IMG/VR virus record: IMGVR_UViG_3300033153_016044
Span: 33,730 to 97,729 of that record
Strand: one strand, 5' to 3'
Length of the DNA: 64,000 nucleotides
DNA from: a virus
The translations under genes were made by a program, and so were the position numbers. The notes below the pieces were generated by a model. It did no database searches. It saw only the letters and a list, made by a program, of their open reading frames with translations, and was not told the DNA's origin. Shown piece by piece: positions 58,734-64,000 of the stretch; within the stretch, counting starts at the first letter, position 1, and each line of letters opens with the position of its first letter.

Positions 58734-60227
58734 ATGCAAGGCAGCGAAGGCAAAGAGATTTTCTCGGTGAAGACACCGAACGATTACTGGCAAAAGGAGA
58801 TTGCCACTTATTACGATTGGCCCTACGCTTGGGGTCGCGAGATAGGGCAGAACTCCCTAGATGCTGGTGCTAAGAACATCAACATCACTCTGACTCCGGC
58901 AAAGGATATTCAACGAGACCCCGATAACGAGTGGAAGACAGATACGTGCTGGGTAGTGTGGGAGGACGATGGGTGTGGTATGGATAGGGACGACGGAGAA
59001 GGCAACCTAATCGTCTTTTCCAAGTTCCTCACCCTGGGCGCATCGCAGAAGAAGGATGGCGACACCGGGGGATTCGGGTGGGCAAAGAAGCTCATCTGCT
59101 TCGCGATGGTCGAGTGGCACATCAGGACCGGCACCCTTCATATCCACGGGGAGGGTGGTCAATACTGGACCGAAGACAATCTTGAGTACGTCGAGGGAAC
59201 GAAGATGCGGATTCGCGTTCCGGCAGCGACCTGGCGGATTCGGCGGAACATCGAGAAATGGCTCTGCTGGACCGATACCAAGGGCGCAACAGTGATGCTG
59301 GATGGTCGCGTCCTCAAAACCTTCGCCGATGTTGCAGTCAAGGGGACTCGCCCAATCCCCGGCGTCGATTGGGCCAAGATGACCGTGACTGAGGTCTCTG
59401 GTCAAAATATTATCATTCGGGCCAACGGCCAGATGATGAGCACGCTGAGCGGGAGCGATGACCAGAAGTACGTAGTGGTGATTGACGTGATTGGCAAGAG
59501 CACCGACCACTTCATGTCGAATCGCGACGGATTGAGGTCCAAGAGCAGAAACGAGATTCAAGGATTTCTCGACAGACTCTTCGCCAACCCCAACCGTATC
59601 TCCAAGCTCGACACTCCTATCTGCCACGATTACAGGGGTGGCAAGGGTGCGATTGAGATTGGGATTTGCGACGGTTCGGGCGCAGACCTCTCCTTCCTCC
59701 TCGAATCGGGAATCGACCTGGTCAAGATGTTGACTGAGCTATTCTCAAAGGAGCGCGGTTCCGCTGGGCACGATAGCTTCGACATCCACGTTCACAACGA
59801 GATGGAGGGTCACGAGATTCCCGAGCGATTCCTCCCCGGCACCTGGGACAAGAAGGCGATTAAGATGATGGCCGAGTGGTGCGCCCTCATCAAGTTCGTC
59901 GGAGAGGTCACCGGATACAACGGACCGATTACTCCGGGCTGGGTGTTCAGTCCAGGCACCACAGCGATGCATAAGCGCGGACACATTCTCCTCAATCCTC
60001 TCTACATAGATGACAAGACGTTTCAGGTTACTGACCGATTAGTCGGCACCGGACCCAGCTCCGATTGGAACTCGATGGTCACGTCTGTGGTCCACGAGTT
60101 TACCCACGCCCACGGCTATCACAACCATGACGTCCGATTCATTAGCGCGATGGGTATGTATTACGCCATGGTGATGGATAACGCCGAGGACCTCCAGGAA
60201 CTCCGCGATTCGTTCTACGGCTGCTAG
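58734..60227 (+). CDS. GHKL (Hsp90/MORC/MutL-like) ATPase fused to a C-terminal HExxH zinc-metallopeptidase-like domain
   Basis: REIGQNSLDA (N box), EDDGCGM (G1), GGFGWAK (G2), GTK; VHEFTHAHGYHNHD. Confidence 0.85.
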   Translation: MQGSEGKEIFSVKTPNDYWQKEIATYYDWPYAWGREIGQNSLDAGAKNINITLTPAKDIQRDPDNEWKTDTCWVVWEDDGCGMDRDDGEGNLIVFSKFLTLGASQKKDGDTGGFGWAKKLICFAMVEWHIRTGTLHIHGEGGQYWTEDNLEYVEGTKMRIRVPAATWRIRRNIEKWLCWTDTKGATVMLDGRVLKTFADVAVKGTRPIPGVDWAKMTVTEVSGQNIIIRANGQMMSTLSGSDDQKYVVVIDVIGKSTDHFMSNRDGLRSKSRNEIQGFLDRLFANPNRISKLDTPICHDYRGGKGAIEIGICDGSGADLSFLLESGIDLVKMLTELFSKERGSAGHDSFDIHVHNEMEGHEIPERFLPGTWDKKAIKMMAEWCALIKFVGEVTGYNGPITPGWVFSPGTTAMHKRGHILLNPLYIDDKTFQVTDRLVGTGPSSDWNSMVTSVVHEFTHAHGYHNHDVRFISAMGMYYAMVMDNAEDLQELRDSFYGC

Positions 60228-60344
60228 CCGTGAGTATCCCCGAAGACATTCAACACCTAGTCTCCGCCCTATCGGGCGGGGGCGTCCCTCTCCTGCCTGC
60301 CTCTTTAATCTCTACCTTTATCCTTGCGATAAGAAAGAAAGATA

Positions 60345-60530
60345 ATGGACACTCTTCATCGAATAAGCCACAGCACAATCTTCTGGCAAATCATGTTCTT
60401 CCTGATGAGCTGCATAGCTGTGACTAACTATGTTATCCGCCCCAGGGTAATCATCAAGACCGAACACATCTACCTTATTTACGAGCATCCGTCCGACGAA
60501 CACCCCATGATAGAAACGAGAGCGATTTAA
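60345..60530 (+). CDS. small membrane protein
   Basis: Hydrophobic IFWQIMFFLMSCIAV segment; TAATG coupling downstream. Confidence 0.55.
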   Translation: MDTLHRISHSTIFWQIMFFLMSCIAVTNYVIRPRVIIKTEHIYLIYEHPSDEHPMIETRAI

Positions 60531-60715
60531 TGGCTGCCCGACCAACGCCCAAGATGGGTATCTACGAACGCACGAAGGGAACACGTCTATGGAAGCGAGT
60601 GATGCCTGGCGCATCTGGCTCTCGCGACCTAATGGCTCGCACCTTCCAATCGTGGTTGATGTTCGCTCCCTCCAACAAAGAGCGCGCAATCCGCAAGATT
60701 CCGAGGACCAAGTGA
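60530..60715 (+). CDS. small basic protein
   Basis: Translational coupling at both ends. Confidence 0.6.
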   Translation: MAARPTPKMGIYERTKGTRLWKRVMPGASGSRDLMARTFQSWLMFAPSNKERAIRKIPRTK

Positions 60716-60831
60716 ATCACTATCACCTCAAACATCCCGACGGTCACGTTGTGACTATCTGGGTTCCTGACCACGTCTACATCGGCTCCTTTACCTACTG
60801 CTCCTGCAACATCGAAAGAAAGAAGAATTAA
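60712..60831 (+). CDS. 39-aa His/Cys peptide
   Basis: GTGA overlap. Confidence 0.5.
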   Translation: MNHYHLKHPDGHVVTIWVPDHVYIGSFTYCSCNIERKKN

Positions 60832-60833
60832 TC

Positions 60834-61007
60834 ATGCCCAAGACTCCAATCCTTACCAAACCCGGCGTCAACGTCACGATGGATGCCAATGGCTATATTG
60901 TTATCCGCTGGAAGACCCAGAGCCTCAATGGTGGCGGTCTCATCTACAACGAAACCTACCACGTTGATTGCGACAAGCGCATCAGCTGGTCGTCGAAGGT
61001 CATCTAA
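60834..61007 (+). CDS. 57-aa hypothetical protein (MPKTPIL...WSSKVI)
   Basis: Not in the ORF track; TAATG coupling to the next gene. Confidence 0.55.
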   Translation: MPKTPILTKPGVNVTMDANGYIVIRWKTQSLNGGGLIYNETYHVDCDKRISWSSKVI

Positions 61008-61186
61008 TGGAAGGCGACTGGACCATCGACGGCTGCCAGGTCGATATCACCATACCTATCCACGTCAGCGAGACACCCGTCCGCGAATCGGAGAAGAGAG
61101 AAATCAAGAACGAGATTCTCAAGGGCAACCGCGAGGGTATCCTTCACCACGGGACCATCAGCCAGCTAACTTGGAAGGTCATTTAA
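61007..61186 (+). CDS. 59-aa hypothetical protein (MEGDWT...LTWKVI)
   Basis: Coupled start. Confidence 0.55.
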   Translation: MEGDWTIDGCQVDITIPIHVSETPVRESEKREIKNEILKGNREGILHHGTISQLTWKVI

Positions 61187-61188
61187 TC

Positions 61189-61323
61189 ATGCCAGACTGT
61201 ATGTATTGCGGTCATCACTACAAAGGCCGTATCTACCCCTGTCCCGAGTGCGGGCCAGAGGAATCAGCCTACGACATCAAGCCTCAGCAGCAGGACGACT
61301 CTGACGATTGGGGGAATATCTAA
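61189..61323 (+). CDS. 44-aa zinc-ribbon peptide
   Basis: CMYC...CPEC. Confidence 0.55.
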   Translation: MPDCMYCGHHYKGRIYPCPECGPEESAYDIKPQQQDDSDDWGNI

Positions 61324-61514
61324 TGTTCCCTCGAATCGCCTCTCTCTCTTGCCGCATCGTCAACCTCCTGCCATACCCCGTATCGGAGTTCCTCGGCAGG
61401 CACGAAATCCACAACGAGAGGTGGGTTCGATACGGTGACGAGATTTACACCGAGGTCACTATCCTCGGCTTCCACGTCGCCCTGATTGGTAAGTATCACG
61501 AACTGAAGAAGTAG
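61323..61514 (+). CDS. 63-aa hypothetical protein
   Basis: TAATG coupling. Confidence 0.55.
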   Translation: MFPRIASLSCRIVNLLPYPVSEFLGRHEIHNERWVRYGDEIYTEVTILGFHVALIGKYHELKK

Positions 61515-61522
61515 CGGACCAC

Positions 61523-61558
61523 CCCGAGATGCGGTTGACCTGTTCAATCGTATCTCGG
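61523..61558 (+). other. 15-bp RNA hairpin (two G-U pairs) closing the early gene block
   Basis: CCGAGATGCGGTTGA-CCTGT-TCAATCGTATCTCGG. Confidence 0.65.
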
Positions 61559-61819
61559 CCGCACGCCCGATATGATAGTAAAAAACGGATTCCCAGTTCC
61601 TGTGAGATTCTGCTAACGCCTCTTGGATTGCATGTATCCTACAGAGCCACGCTCGATTGCTGCATATATGGATAGGAACCTCTCAGTGTATGGGGGGCTT
61701 TGTTACGTATATAAAGATGTTATGGAGATTATATGAGAAGAACCCCGTGGAAATCTCTTCTCTGTCCCAGGGTCGGTGTAAGCCAATGGATAACATCACT
61801 CCCTGGACTCCCTATGGAT

Positions 61820-61885
61820 GGGCCGTGTTCAACCAAAGGATACACGCGCAGATACCAGACAAGGCCCTGGTATCTCCGACGGGGC
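61820..61885 (+). repeat. structured intergenic element, copy D
   Basis: GTTCAA-N10-CAC, AGATACCAG..CTGGTATCT, TCCGACGGGGC. Confidence 0.65.
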
Positions 61886-62365
61886 GATACGATGGAACCC
61901 AGGAGATATATAAAGGACTTACAAGAAGATTTAATAAAGATTTCATGTAGAGCATTTGGGATTTCTGGGTGGGATGTGGTTGGATGGCATTAAATATTAA
62001 GCTAGGCACATCAGCTATGTAGAGAGATAGCAAATGAGACTTAACTCCTTATCTATCCGTAAAGTTCCCTTATATATCCCTAGGGACGAAGCTATAGTGG
62101 GGAGCCATCCTACCTTCTCTTTGTATAGGGGTTATCTCTATGGGATATGCTAGTAAACAAACCCCTTTCTCTATCCTATGTCACGGCGCGAACGGTGGCG
62201 CTCACGAGCCTATCTACCCCCTATCGGACACCTACATCATCCTAAGTCTAGCGATTAAACTACGCGCTCTCTGTGCGTCTGGTGCGTTTATATTTAACGG
62301 AGCCCTGATTTAATGGATAAATAGCCCAAAATCATAGGATTTATGCCCTCATCAAGCCAAATTCC

Positions 62366-62466
62366 CTGCCAAAATGGCAGATTTGACAGGCAAAACGGCC
62401 AAAACTGCCAAAATGGCAGGCCCAGGCGACGTAAACAAAGGAGTTACGCGCGGCACGGGGTTCGCT
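62366..62466 (+). promoter_or_regulatory. candidate sigma54 promoter (CGGCACG-GGGT-TCGCT) with two upstream CTGCCA-AAA-TGGCAG palindromes
   Basis: GG at 62452 and GC at 62464 give exact -24/-12 spacing; palindromes at 62366-62380 and 62405-62419. Confidence 0.6.
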
Positions 62467-62704
62467 CTAGGCAAGGCTCGGCCCGCCGGTACGTCCGCGC
62501 GGGTCGATGCGGCCCCCGCTATCGCGCGGGTCGCGCGGGACGGCTCGCGTATCTTCGCGAGATGTTCTTTCACAATTCGTATCGGCTGGCGCAAGGGACG
62601 GATGAAACCTTGCACAGTAGCGGGATTGCTATCTTCTTCGGTGTTTTTGCCGTGGTAGTGATTGCATGACGCGAGACGATATTTCGGCGAGGATTGATAC
62701 CATG

Positions 62705-63731
62705 GGGTTTTAATCCTACCTTCTTCTTCCCTTACGAGGGGATTAGATTGGCCTAGCCTAGTGCCAATGGTGCCGGATAACATTCGACTCGAAGATTGTA
62801 GCGTTTAGCGTAATCACTCCGGTCTAAACTTTGATGTGCGAACATCAGGACTGCTTTAGATACGGCTCCCGTCGGATGTCTGTGGCTGCGATTATTTGGT
62901 CAGTGTAAAACCTGATTGAGAATCGTAAGTGCAGATAGCTGGCGGAATCTGTTCTAGATGTGGACCTGATTAGTAGCCGCACGAGGGGGATAGACGATGG
63001 CTATGAATCAACATAGCTGAGATGACCTCTTATACCTGTAGGGGCGATTCAAACTGCATTCGATACGGTGATATTTGACAATTAGACGTTGCGTGCGTGA
63101 GGGATACAGCTGTAATCGCTGTGTCTTACACTCGATACGTACTTGCCAATTATATATCGACCCCGGAGACAAGTTAGGGATTTATTCCTAGCCTAGGTCC
63201 ACGATGGCAGTCGATGTATATGGTGTTGTGGTGACGAACACAGATTTAACTGTGCGGTCTAACTATTGTTGTCAGGATGGCAATAATCACAACACTAGGA
63301 TGTCTTAGACGGCATTGTAGCAGGGACGTTGAGATAGCGCTGACAGTTAGGGCAATAAGAACCTATCGTAACGATGTTGGGCAACCTACCCCGGATTTAT
63401 TTCTAGGATGACCCCGACAGGCGACGATAGCAGGCAATTGTGGCACAAATCCACGGGGTGAGTAAACATCCTAGCCTAGCTGCGTAACGTGGTGCTTTTT
63501 CATCAGAAAGCACAATCTGTAATGCGACATTAGCCCGCTCTATCGACAGTAGAGCCGGTGTCCATCATAGACAGATTGAGCCTGGGCGGAAGGGTCATTC
63601 ACCGATGACACGGGTGATGAAACTAGTACCAAGCCAAATCAGGACACTTTCTCGATTTACGAGAGACACCGGGTGGCGGTGATAGGTGAGACTCCTATGT
63701 GTCCAATCTTCTTAACCTTGAAAGGGTTAAT
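62705..63731 (+). ncRNA. candidate large (about 1 kb) highly structured non-coding RNA
   Basis: No track ORF in any frame between 62784 and 63733; more than 15 adjacent or nested stems rich in G-U pairs on the + strand; GNRA, T-loop-like and repeated (A)UUUA loops. Confidence 0.7.
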
Positions 63732-63733
63732 CC

Positions 63734-64000
63734 ATGCTTCAGATAACGTTTGTTAAGACGGGTAAAACCGTCGATTTCTCTCTTGCGGTTCCATCGCATG
63801 TTGTTTCTGACCAAATCAGGGAGAACAGGGAGCCGATGATGATTCATCTAGAGGATTGCGTCGTCGCCGTCGATTACGACTCCGGTTCGATTGCTGCACT
63901 CAATGTGCTTGAGGTCGATTGCGCCAAGAAAACGGGATTGAGTCCCGAACTAATCGAGAACATCTTGGCTCTGGCGATTAACGACAAAGAATCCTACGAC
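63734..64000 (+). CDS. partial hypothetical protein (MLQITFVKTGKTVDF...), runs off the window
   Basis: Open frame from ATG 63734 to the end; GAAAGGG RBS. Confidence 0.65.
   Translation, partial: MLQITFVKTGKTVDFSLAVPSHVVSDQIRENREPMMIHLEDCVVAVDYDSGSIAALNVLEVDCAKKTGLSPELIENILALAINDKESYD

Noticed and set aside
54867-62783. Minus-strand and alternate-frame ORFs in the GC-rich block, including 62343..62669, 62352..62783 and 62374..62658
   Set aside because: Expected from high GC; they overlap better-supported coupled genes or the sigma54/palindrome region and show no recognisable motifs
62836-63600. Group II or group I intron (GTGCG at 62836; GAGCCGG near 63552)
   Set aside because: No domain V hairpin (GAGCC is paired in another stem), no recognisable P7 core, and no interrupted gene flanking it
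63041-63710. tmRNA or tRNA (GGGGCGATTC..ATTCGA start; cloverleaf near the end)
   Set aside because: No matching 3' acceptor strand, no GGTTCGA T-loop, no CCA and no tag frame; the cloverleaf lacks D and anticodon loops
1-64000. Genome-wide stop-codon reassignment
   Set aside because: Standard code gives dense, intact long ORFs, and TAA, TAG and TGA all occur as evident stops

Overview
Segment of a large tailed dsDNA phage (Caudoviricetes), probably a long-tailed siphovirus because no sheath gene is seen. It has two divergent halves. (1) Positions 1-54.3 kb, minus strand, AT-rich: a near-complete morphogenesis module. Read from high to low coordinates it holds a class II ribonucleotide reductase, a sigma-like factor, TerS, an ERCC4 nuclease, TerL, portal, protease/scaffold, head decoration, major capsid, about 12 kb of paralogous fibre/decoration genes, neck proteins, an HNH endonuclease, tail tube, two paralogous tail chaperones, a 3316-aa tape measure and tail-tip genes. 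A recurring GGTGTAT+AT-rich motif looks like a phage late promoter. (2) Positions 54.46-64 kb, plus strand, visibly more GC-rich: small early-type genes, two paralogous basic proteins and a GHKL-ATPase/HExxH fusion. These are interleaved with a repeated structured element and a repeated activator-type promoter. A candidate sigma54 promoter follows, and then about 1 kb of ORF-free, densely base-paired sequence (62.7-63.73 kb) that looks like a large ornate non-coding RNA. That RNA and its regulatory surroundings are the best candidate for an undescribed system. All product calls rest on motifs read by eye plus gene order; no database searches were run.
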